Of a stretch of DNA of 64,000 bases, positions 14,501 to 25,000 are shown in pieces (the first letter of the stretch is position 1; every line of letters starts with the position of its first letter). The notes beneath the pieces are model-generated. The model saw nothing but the letters and a program-made list of their open reading frames with translations. It did not search any database and was not told the origin of the DNA. The position numbers and the translations under genes are program-made. Source of the stretch: Eledone cirrhosa (Eukaryota); assembly GCA_964016885.1 (NCBI GenBank), contig OZ024756.1, positions 40,734,001-40,798,000 on the forward strand, given 5' to 3'.

Positions 14501-16916
14501 AGGATACCCTCAGTTATGCCAAAAGCAGGACAACCTCCTTTGTGTTGTTGATATACACAATAAGCTCAGCCAACGGTTTTATGTTTTTGTTTAGTTTTAC
14601 TGTTTCTAATCTTTGTCTTTATTTATAATCTTTAAACTAGCAGACATTATAGTTCCTGCTAGCTATAGACCTTCTAGATTCACCCCAGTATATAACTGGT
14701 ATACTACAAATCTTCCAGTAATTTAAAGGTCTACAGTTTTTCTTCAGTGGTGCTCATGAAAGGAAATGACTGCTTCAAAAATTTTGAATTGGACACTGAA
14801 AGTTTCTACCGAGTGGTAACTTGGCCAGATGGTACCAACCACCATGCATCTTGGGGAGGTTGTTTCTTAACATTTGTGCGTGAGACACCAGGCACCATGT
14901 GTGTGCAGTTTTTTAACTTCTACATCGGCAGAGACAACAGTGATGTCAGTCTTACATTTTTGGTAGGAGATGACATACCCATAATGGTAAATATCTTGTT
15001 AATATCTCATTTCGTTAATATGTAAATAAATGTTTTTCAATTAAATAGTTACAGGCAACAGATTCAACAATAAATAATGCCATAGAAAATGGCTGGGAGC
15101 TTTTTATCATGACACACAACTACTTTACAGTGTGGACTGGGTGTTTTGTGTCATGACACCTACACAACCACTTAACAATGTGGACTGGGAGGTTTTTATC
15201 GTGACACCTACACGACCACTTAACAATGTGGACTGGGAGGTTTTTATCGTGACACCTACACGACCACTTAACAATGTGGACTGGGAGGTTTTTATCGTGA
15301 CACCTACACGACCACTTAACAATGTGGACTGGGAGGTTTTTATCGTGACACCTACACGACCACTTAACAATGTGGACTGGGAGGTTTTTATCGTGACACC
15401 TACACGACCACTTAACAATGTGGACTGGGAGGTTTTTATCGTGACACCTACACGACCACTTAACAATGTGGACTGGGAGGTTTTTATCGTGACACCTACA
15501 CGACCACTTAACAATGTGGACTGGGAGGTTTTTATCGTGACACCTACACGACCACTTAACAATGTGGACTGGGAGGTTTTTATCGTGACACCTACACGAC
15601 CACTTAACAATGTGGACTGGGAGGTTTTTATCGTGACACCTACACGACCACTTAACAATGTGAACTGGGTGCTTTTTATCGTGACACTTACACGACCACT
15701 TTACAGTGTGGACTGGGAGGTTTTTATCGTGACACCTACACGACCATTTTACAGTGTGGACTGGGTGCTTTTTATCGTGACAACTACACAGTCACTTTAC
15801 AGTGTGGACTGGGTGCTTTTTATCGTGACAACTACACAATCACTTTACAGTGTGGACTGGAAGGTTTTTATCATGACATCTACATGACCACTTTACAGTG
15901 TGGACTGGGTGCCTTTTATTGTAACACCTACATGAAATGTAAAATAAAATAAAAGGAAGTTTTAAATAAAAAAGAAAAGAAAACCTTTCTCCAAATGGAT
16001 GCTAATCTTTGTTTCCTTATTTTCAGTCTTTGAATGCCAACAGCAGTTTTCCAAACGCCACTTTTTGTACACCAACCAAACTTCTATTTGTTGAACTACG
16101 GCAAAAGATCACATTTACCAAGCATATAAGAGATTACAATTTTGTGTTTCTTGTCACATCTGAGCCCCCTGAGAGTAAGTTTTGTTTTGTCATTCTTTCT
16201 TTTTATCCTCTCTAGTTCCATCTTTGTCTTTATGTCTAAACCAAACACCATTATTATTTATTACATTTTGTCTATCTTAGCTTTGTATTTTAATGAGAAT
16301 TGTGCTGAAACAATTGTAAAGAATTAAATGGTTTAAGAAGTTCATCTGTCATCTTAACCTTTTAGCATTTACATTACTCTATATTTACTATTGTATTTTC
16401 GTGGTAAAGGCTTTATCTCACATATTAATCTCACATAATATCGAATCTACGAGATATTGATATTATTTATTTTGAGAACAATACCTTAACACCAGTACGA
16501 GTGGCTGGTTACAGTTGGTTTGAACAAAAAGAGGTGAGAGAATTCTGGTCTGATATGGCTGGTTTAAATGCTAAAAGGTTAACTTGTTATATATATATAT
16601 ATATATATATATAAGTGGTTACACAACAGTTAGTTCACCATACCGAGGATCCGCTAAGGTGAAACAATTGTTCTCGGTTTGGTGAACTAACTGTTGTGTA
16701 ACCACTTCTACCTAACTCGTCCCATGGACTGAGTGCTCTACCACTACGGATATTACCTTCCAGTGTTCTACCACTATATATATATGTATAATTCTTCTAT
16801 TAACACTTTCTTAATTGTGTATCATTTCAGATGGAGTCCAGAGAAGCTGGAGTACACCGACATTACTGTCAATAAACCTTATTACTGTTTTAAACATTTA
16901 TCTAAATGTTTATTAG
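11543..16916 (+). CDS. Uncharacterised 352-aa secreted, probably GPI-anchored protein with two tandem divergent CUB-like domains
   Basis: Seven GT-AG exons join in frame (1059 nt): 11543-11642 (MIKSSKLCLWRIVPLFLLLHTVDG.., signal peptide), 11953-12045, 12788-13047, 13740-13872, 14748-14986, 16027-16174, 16831-16916 (NGVQRSWSTPTLLSINLITVLNIYLNVY*). AATAAA at ~16962. The two halves share C..CxLTF..CV..FCT spacing and intron phases 1-0-1. The domain identity is an inference. Confidence 0.82.
12075..12716. repeat. 45-bp intronic minisatellite, about 14 copies
   Basis: agatatatagctcacatctatgtaggtttagttgaccttatacac. Confidence 0.95.
13100..13680. repeat. (ACC/ATC/ATT)n degenerate trinucleotide tract, intronic
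   Basis: Lies after the donor at 13048; produces the poly-T, poly-V and poly-P ORFs. Confidence 0.9.
13975..14180 (-). repeat. Dispersed AT-rich repeat, other copies at ~18670-18870 (+), ~21060-21230 (-) and ~21258-21365 (+)
   Basis: Shared ttttaccttgaaatattataatgaaatatattggccaaagacattattt...accagctttc...ctctctttatt. Confidence 0.75.
15120..15935 (+). repeat. 48-bp intronic minisatellite, about 16 copies, related to the array at 5265-5650
   Basis: gtggactgggaggtttttatcgtgacacctacacgaccacttaacaat; homogeneous centre, diverged ends. Confidence 0.95.
16354..16582. mobile_element. piggyBac-type MITE (TTAA target site, 14-bp terminal inverted repeats)
   Basis: TTAA|CCTTTTAGCATTTA ... TAAATGCTAAAAGG|TTAA; no coding capacity. 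Confidence 0.85.
16613..16707. repeat. ~35-bp-arm inverted repeat (hairpin / MITE-like) next to (TA)n
   Basis: aagtggttacacaacagttagttcacca(t)accgag ... ctcggt(t)tggtgaactaactgttgtgtaaccactt. Confidence 0.85.
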
Positions 16917-17124
16917 GAAAGAGTTAGGGGTTAACTCTTGTCCAAATTATCTCAAGGAAGCAATAAAAAGACCCCCCCCCCCCCCACACTGTCTCTTGTC
17001 TATTTTCTGTCTCCGATAAAATCATTATGATATCTTTCAGCATTGATTTTGTTTTTATTGGCAATGTTTTTGTAGGATATTAGCTTCTTTGTTGTTGTTG
17101 ACATTATTTTTGTTACTGAGTGGT

Positions 17125-17420
17125 TGGTTCCTTAGGATGATGCTCTACCGATTCTGCCTGAGGCTCATTAGTCCGGTGCTTATCTCAGTTAGCAAGGCAT
17201 TAAATGACCGAGAGTACAAGACTCCCTCCTGGACAGGACGCCAGTTCATCGCAGGGTTAAACCCCAAGATACTGCTGGTACTCATGTTCAGCTGAGTATA
17301 CTAGAACAATGTGAAATGAAGTGTTTTACTGAAGAACACAACACACAACCCAGCCCAGTAATTGAACCCACGACATAATGATTGTAAGTCTAACATCTTA
17401 ACCACTTGCCACTACCTTGG
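17125..17420 (-). mobile_element. tRNA-derived SINE (family B, with a conserved central-domain-like core)
   Basis: Minus strand: gtggcaagtggttaagatg (A box), gggttcaatt (B box), gtgttcttcagtaaaacact, cctgcgatgaactggcgtcctgtccagg; second copy at 29335-29545. Confidence 0.8.
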
Positions 17421-18205
17421 CTGCCTCTGAAATATTAAACAACAGAAATGAACTTTTGGATTTAAATCTAAACACTGTCCCCTAACTACATTCTTTCTTG
17501 GTGTTATCATCGTCCCCCTAAATATTTTTCAAATGCCTGAAATAGTAAATAATAAATAAATCAAAGTTTAAATTAAATTTGGACTCTATAGGGTATGGTG
17601 GGGTGAGAGAGGAACCGTGTCAGTAAGTCAGTACCATGACTGTTTTGCACGTAACCCCTAAAATTATCTCTTGGCTTATGAGAAGGGAGATAATATGTCA
17701 ATAATTCCATCTATTGTCAACAGAGGACACAGGGTTATACAAATAAAACGTGTCTTGTTCAGAAATGGCAGCATTTTGTGGGGAATTTCACCTTTCAGCT
17801 TGTTCAGGTGAAGATTACATATAGGGCAACAATACACACACACACACACATATAAGGAGGGGGGGAATATTTTTTGTATACATATATACACCACATACAC
17901 ATACGCACTTGCATTTCTATATATATCCTTACACATATGTAAATATATTAAGATGTGTGTGTATACACAAAAGATTATGTGTATGTATAATCATACATAT
18001 TAATGACTACTGAAATAGATATAGATTTGTGACAGCACTGAAATACAGGTAGATGTTTAAATATAATTAAGGTGATCACCTAACTTTTCCTCATAAAGGT
18101 AATTGTCTTTTCAGTGATTTGTCACGATTTCAGTTGGTAAGACCCCAGTGAAAGGACTGCAGAAAGCCATAACTTCATCAGACACTGATATCTTTAGCAA
18201 TCGGA

Positions 18206-19223
18206 ATGTCTTTAACAACGATTCTCTTCACAGCTTTGCTTGGTACTTGGCAGACAAGGTCTGCAGCTTCTCTTGGAGCAAACGACATTGGTAAGATAAT
18301 CAAAGGTATAGATTTGAGAGATTCCACAAAACCATTTCTGAAGAAGTTACAATTTTTACCAGTGAGGGCGCAGCCAAACTGTTCTTGTAGCCGGGAAATT
18401 GAAGATATCCAAGACCAACTCAAATATGAAGTGTCACAACGGATTGAAATGCTAGGAACCATTGAGCTGTTTATAAGTGAAATATTTAACCTGAAGACTC
18501 TTGTTAACTCCAAGGTGATTTCTCCACCACTTGGTAAGTAATTTAACTTTGTTGTAGTTGTTATTGTTGTTTAGGTCCCCAGGCTTGTGATCAAATGATG
18601 TGATCATCCTGTAAGGTGGTCGTGCGGGTGCACTGATATTTCAAAGTAAAGATTTTGGGAAAAGTTTGTGAGAACAGGACATTTTGTTTTTCTGTGTTCA
18701 TCATTTGAAAAGAAAGTCTTTACCTTGAAATATTATAATGAAATATATTGGCCAAAGACATTATTTAGTTTTGTTTTGTCATCCTTTTTACCCCAGCACC
18801 ATGTTAATATTTCTATCTTCACTGTACCAGCTTTCTCGGCCCTCTCTTTATTATTTATGACATATCTCACAATATTACATATCTTTATTATTTATTACAT
18901 ATCTCACAATACTATATTGATTTATTGAAGACATTTTACCAGCTTTCTAAATACTTTCTCTTTTCACCACAAGATTAATCTTATTCTGAAATTTGTTTTA
19001 ATGAAGTTTTCTACACTAAAAAACAAATATAAGTAATTTTTTTTTCTCTCATAAACATGAGAAATATCTTTGAGAATATTTTTTAAATCATTTTTTTTAT
19101 TAAACATAGAAATTATGTTTAAATAGTTCCATATCTATTTTGTAAATATTACAAATATTATTTAAGTTCACACTTAATTTGATTGTACCATCCATTAATA
19201 TATGTATATATATAAACACACAT

Positions 19224-19256
<33 letters not shown>

Positions 19257-19976
19257 ATGGCAAAGGTGGTGAGAACTGATTTTAAATCACTAAAGCTCTG
19301 AGGGGATGACAAAGGGCCGCAACAAGTGGAGAGATGCTTCCCAGGAAAAGACCCATCCAATCCAAGCATGGCAATGGTGATGATAATTGAACATTTTAAA
19401 ACTAATGGTTCCATATAAAATGACAGCAAGATTCAAGATGGTTTCTCCTTACAACCAATCCGAGATGTTAGATCTGCAATAAAGTTAGGGGTTTATTTAT
19501 ATTTCAATAACTACAGATGTTCTTTTTTTTCTGTAATTCCAGAACCTAAAACAATCCAGGCAACAGAAGCAGCTCTAGATTTCGAGGAAATAGCCTTCTG
19601 CAGTCGACTCAGTCATCATTTGACAAACTTGAAACCAGATCAGATTGTAGTTTTTGACCAACTTCTCACAAACATTGGAAACGCTTATGATCACAAAACA
19701 GGAATTTTCAATTGTCCCATATCAGGAACCTACCAATTCTTTGTGAAAATCTTGTCAGGTTTCAATGACAAAGTAGAAACGGCCCTTATAGTGAACACCA
19801 TCGAGGTAACCCGGCTATATTCCGGGGCCCAACATGCCCATGGTTCCAGCACTGCACCTGTTGTCATCTTGTTAGAGAAAGGGGATGATGTGTTTGTAAA
19901 AGCTCTCTATCAGAAATCCAGTCATGTTCATGGCGTTTACAGTACATTTAGTGGTTATCTTCTCAGACCCATTTAA
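18206..19976 (+). CDS. Secreted C1q-domain-containing protein (signal peptide, short coiled coil, globular C1q; no collagen), 253 aa
   Basis: Exon 18206-18533 and exon 19543-19976 join in phase 1. gC1q motifs: IAFCSRL, IVVFDQLLTNIGNAYDHKTGIFNCPISGTYQF, ILLEKGDDVFV, YSTFSGYLL. Confidence 0.92.
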
Positions 19977-20059
19977 ACCACATCTTGTTTGTTTTCTGTT
20001 TTAACTTGTCTAGATTAGATCCAGGTCCACATCAGAGTTCACCTCCATCAAAATCATAT

Positions 20060-20260
20060 TTAACCCTTTAGCATTTATATTACTCTATATATACTATTAT
20101 ATTTTCACAGTAAAGTCTTACCTCACATAATATCGAATCTATGAGATTTTGATATTATTTAGTTTGAGAACAATACCATAACATAAGTATGAGCAGCTGG
20201 TTACAGCTGGTTTGAACAGGAAGAGGTGAGAGAATTCTGGCTGGATACGGCTGGTTTAAA
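20060..20260. mobile_element. piggyBac-type MITE copy lacking the right terminus
   Basis: TTAACCCTTTAGCATTTA... and internal sequence matching 16358-16578. Confidence 0.8.
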
Positions 20261-20399
20261 TTAATAATTAAATAATAATATTAGTCCCCTTATATTGAGA
20301 TATTCACTGCAGAGCAAAAAGGTGAGTCTTCGTCTAGCTAAACTTACAATGAAGTTTCAATCCTTGGATAGAACATTTCATTTTTCTTATGCTGTTGCT

Positions 20400-20582
20400 A
20401 ACAATGGTTCTAATTTAGGAACAAGGCCAACAGTGTATTACTGGTACTTTATTTTATTGACCCCGTAAGGATGAAAGGCAAAGCTAACCTCAGTAGGATT
20501 TGAACTCTGAAAGTAAAGGGCCGTAACTATATGCCACAAAGCACTGTCTGATGCTCTACCAATACTGCCAAGCCATCGCCCT
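20400..20582 (-). mobile_element. tRNA-derived SINE (family A)
   Basis: tactggtacttttattttattgacccc...gatgaaaggcaaag...ggatttgaactc...tctaccaatactgcca. Confidence 0.78.
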
Positions 20583-22015
20583 TATGCTGTTAATAATGCC
20601 CATACAAAAGATCTCCATTCCTGTAACATAGGGCTTGGTACTTTATCTAAAGGAAACCTATAGTTTTCAGTTTAGTTATTTCTAGATTATCAACTTCTCT
20701 CCTTTCATTTCTGCCACATTTTAGACGTTTAGTTCCTAATTAAATAAACCTACAATACATTACATGGTGGAATGAATCGGTTTGATCCAACCATCTTGTT
20801 TTGGGTCTCCTGTCAGTTTTGCCTGTAAAATCTGTCATTTAACTAACCAACACTGACATCATGTTAAATTAAATTATTCACTCACTGAAAACAAGATATA
20901 TGGTTGGAATAAGATTAGTAAAGACAGTTCTACCAGCAAATATAGTCTTGATAATAATTATATGAGACTAGTACATATTTACTATGATTTAACTGGTGAT
21001 ACTAGAAGCTGTGGACTTAAAATAAGCAGATATTTCATACCAACTAAGCTTTAACTGATATATAATAAATAACAAAGAGAGTTTTGAGAAAGCTGGTACA
21101 ATGTAGATAGAAATATAAAGATAGTACTGGGGTAAAAAGATGAAAAAAATCAAACAAAATAATGTCTTTAGATAATATACTTCATGATCAATGAAGAAAA
21201 ACAATTTCCTGTTCTCACACACAACATAAAAATTTGAATTTATCATTTGAAATGAGGATTTTTACCTTGAAATATTATAATGAAATGTATTTGGTAAAAT
21301 CATTATTTTGTACCAGCTTTAAAACTATATTGTACCAGCCTTTCCAGCACTCTCTTTATTACATATCTCACAATAATACATATAATAATTACAAGTCTTA
21401 GATATAACAATGTCAATTTTTTCAGGGAATACTGAATATTTTCAACATTTACCTCATTAAACAGTTTTGGGATTATTAAAAAATTTAATAAAATTTTTTC
21501 AAATTTGCATCAATTTCTTTTTTATCGCTTTCTTTTAAAACCAGACCCTCCATCCCGCCAAACGCTGTTGCAATTCAGTATGAGAAGGGACAGTCAATCA
21601 TATCAACAGCAATACTTAACTGGTTCTTTATTTTGTAGACCCCCTTTTCTCCCAGAAAGATGAAAGGCAAAATTGACTTTAGTGGGATTTGAACTCACAA
21701 AACAAAGAACTGGAACATTAAATCATTAAATTCTGAATAATTACAAAGGGAATTATTTATTAGATTCATAGAATTTTCAATCAAGATTTCTCCATGTTAG
21801 TGTTTTTCTCTAACATGTTTTGTAAAGTTTGAGAATGTCTTAAGGAATTAACTTAGGTGGAATCAAAATAAGAAGGAGGAATTGCTATATCCAATTATAT
21901 TAAATCTGGTGTTTGAAGGCTGTTTTCTTTTCCTTGTGGTAGTCAAATATTTTAGGGGTCATTGTTAATGTTAGCTGCAAGACTGTCACCCAAAATTGTG
22001 TCATGGTCAAATCTT

Positions 22016-25000
22016 TTAGGCTTCTTTGTTAATGTTAGCTGTAACACTATCACCTGAAAAGATTTCAACCCAGTAGCCATCGGGGTCCAGGATAAAAGCA
22101 ATTCCTTTAATTTTTCCTGGAGTTGAAAAGAAAAAAGATATAGTCAGTAATTTGGATGGTTAACAACTAGTTATGAATAAGGGAGAGGATGGAAATAAAA
22201 TGGATGAAATACAAGTAAAGAATTGTTTCATATGATATTTTAACAATTCTACCACTCCATTGGACCAGTACTTAATGGCAATATGTCTGTGTATAGATAT
22301 GTGTGTGTGTGTGTATGTGTTTTTTATATAGATATGTGTGTGTGTGTGTGTGTATGTATATAGATATGTGTGTGTAAGACAATGATCTCACCTGCGTTAA
22401 GTTTCAGTTTAAAAGGCACACCTAACTCTTCAAACCTTTTACAGGCAGCGTCAACATCTGGGACACAAACACCAATATGTCCTAAAGAGAGGAAAACAAG
22501 GTAAGATTATATGATGGGAAGAAAGTCAGACAAGTTAGCTCTCTCTTTAGACCATCAAGTGATGTTATTTGTAAGATTAAGATTAATTAGGCTATTAATT
22601 TCTGGTTTACCCAATCCTTTCTCCCCAAAATGTTATCCCTCTGGTATTCCTCCAATGTTTTTCATGCAGGTGTTCAAGCAGAACATCAACTGTATAAATC
22701 TCAGTCTTGGAGGACCTAGAAACCTTCTAAGTCATATAAATAATAATATTCCTTCTGCAGTCTCTCTCTCATTTCACTAGATAAATCAGTAAATTAAATG
22801 AATATAGAAAAAACGACAGATAGAAAGAAGAGAGACAGAAGATTTATTAGTTTGTAGAACCATACAAAATGAATTAATGAAAACTCACCAAATCCTTGTG
22901 GACTGCTGTTACCATTATGGTACTGGACACTATCATCAGACTCAGAGCCCCAGTTACTGCAATAATATAGAAATATATTTCATTAGACACTCAACAATTT
23001 CATAGTCAAACACCAGTCTGGTCTGATCCAGTATAACCACCGTTAAACATCCATTTTTCCACGCTAGCACGGCTAATCTAGTCCTATCCAATCCAATCAA
23101 ATCAAATCCGTGATTAAAGAAAAAGTAGTCAGCAGTCCTCAAAACAATATGATTACACACTACCTGTGTTCAGTGGAAATATAACTGATTGTGTCAGTGG
23201 TGGTCTTACTAGTGGAAATATAACTTACTGTGTCAGTGGTGGTCTTACTAGTGGAAATATAACTGACTGTGTCAGTGGTGGTCTTACTAGTGGAAATATA
23301 ACTGACTGTGTCAGTGGTGGTCTTACTAGTGGAAATATAGCTTACTGTGTCAATGGTGGTCTTACTAGTGGAAATATAGCTTACTGTGTCAATGGTGGTC
23401 TTACTAGTGGAAATATAACTGACTGTGTCAGTGGTGGTCTTACTAGTGGAAATATAACTGACTGTGTCAGTGGTGGTCTTACTAGTGGAAATATAACTGA
23501 CTGTGTCAGTGGTGGTCTTACTAGTGGAAATATAGCTTACTGTGTCAATGGTGGTCTTACTAGTGGAAATATAGCTTACTGTGTCAATGGTGGTCTTACT
23601 ACTGGAAATATAGCTTACTGTGTCAGTGGTGGTCTTACTACTGGAAATATAGCTTACTGTGTCAATGGTGGTCTTACGAGTGGAAATATAACTTACTGTG
23701 TCAGTGGTGGTCTTACTAGTGGAAATATAACTGACTGTGTCAATGGTGGTCTTACTAGTGGAAATATAACTGACTGTGTCAATGGTGGTCTTACTAGTGG
23801 AAATATAACAGACTGTGTCAATGGTGGTCTTACTAGTGGAAATATAGCTTACTGTGTCAATGGTGGTCTTACTAGTGGAAATATAACTGACTGTGTCAAT
23901 GGTGGTCTTACTAGTGGAAATATAGCTTACTGTGTCAATGGTGGTCTTACTAGTGGAAATATAACTGACTGTGTCAATGGTGGTCTTACTAGTGGAAATA
24001 TAGCTTACTGTGTCAATGGTGGTCTTACTAGTGGAAATATAACTTACTGTGTCAGTGGTGGTCTTACTAGTGGAAATATAGCTTACTGTGTCAGTGGTGG
24101 TCTTACTACTGGAAATATAGCTTACTGTGTCAATGGTGGTCTTACTAGTGGAAATATAGCTTACTGTGTCAGTGGTGGTCTTACTAGTGGAAATATAGCT
24201 TACTGTGTCAATGGTGGTCTTACTAGTGGAAATATAGCTTACTGTGTCAATGGTGGTCTTACTAGTGGAAATATAGCTTACTGTGTCAGTGGTGGTCTTA
24301 CTAGTGGAAATATAACTTACTGTGTCAGTGGTGGTCTTACTAGTGGAAATATAGCTTACTGTGTCAATGGTGGTCTTACTAGTGGAAATATAACTTACTG
24401 TGTCAGTGGTGGTCTTACTAGTGGAAATATAACTTACTGTGTCAGTGGTGGTCTTACTAGTGGAAATATAACTTACTGTGTCAGTGGTGGTCTTACTAGT
24501 GGAAATATAACTTACTGTGTCAGTGGTGGTCTTACTAGTGGAAATATAACTTACTGTGTCAGTGGTGGTCTTACTACTGGAAATATAGCTTACTGTGTCA
24601 GTGGTGGTCTTACTAGTGGAAATATAACTTACTGTGTCAATGGTGGTCTTACTAGTGGAAATATAACTTACTGTGTCAGTGGTGGTCTTACGAGTGGAAA
24701 TAACTTACTGTGTCAGTTCAATGGTGGTCTTACTCGTCATGCACCATTTAAACCGCTCAATCTCATCGTTTGGAATCTCATTTTCATTAGCATATCCCAT
24801 GAAAAATAAGGTGAACTTCAATGAAGGGTAGTCAAACCGATGAAGAAGTCTGTAAAGATATATTAATAAACTGTGAGTGAATATAAAATTACAGATGAGA
24901 AAATAATATTCACAAACATGGTTTCACAAGGAAGATAGCCGTATTTTCTGTATATCTTTCCCTGCAAGAAGGCAAATGGCACACACACACACATATATAT

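Noticed and set aside
12018-15887. ORFs at 12018, 12826 (Thr-rich mucin-like tail), 12990, 13301, 15125 and 15132
   Set aside because: Read-through from real exons into intronic repeats; good donors at 12046 and 13048 remove them.
23166-24809. 547-aa plus-strand ORF of [13 protein letters not shown] repeats
   Set aside because: Translation of a 39-bp minisatellite that is antisense to the GLO1 exon 3 / intron 3 junction; it is open only because the unit is a multiple of 3 without stops.
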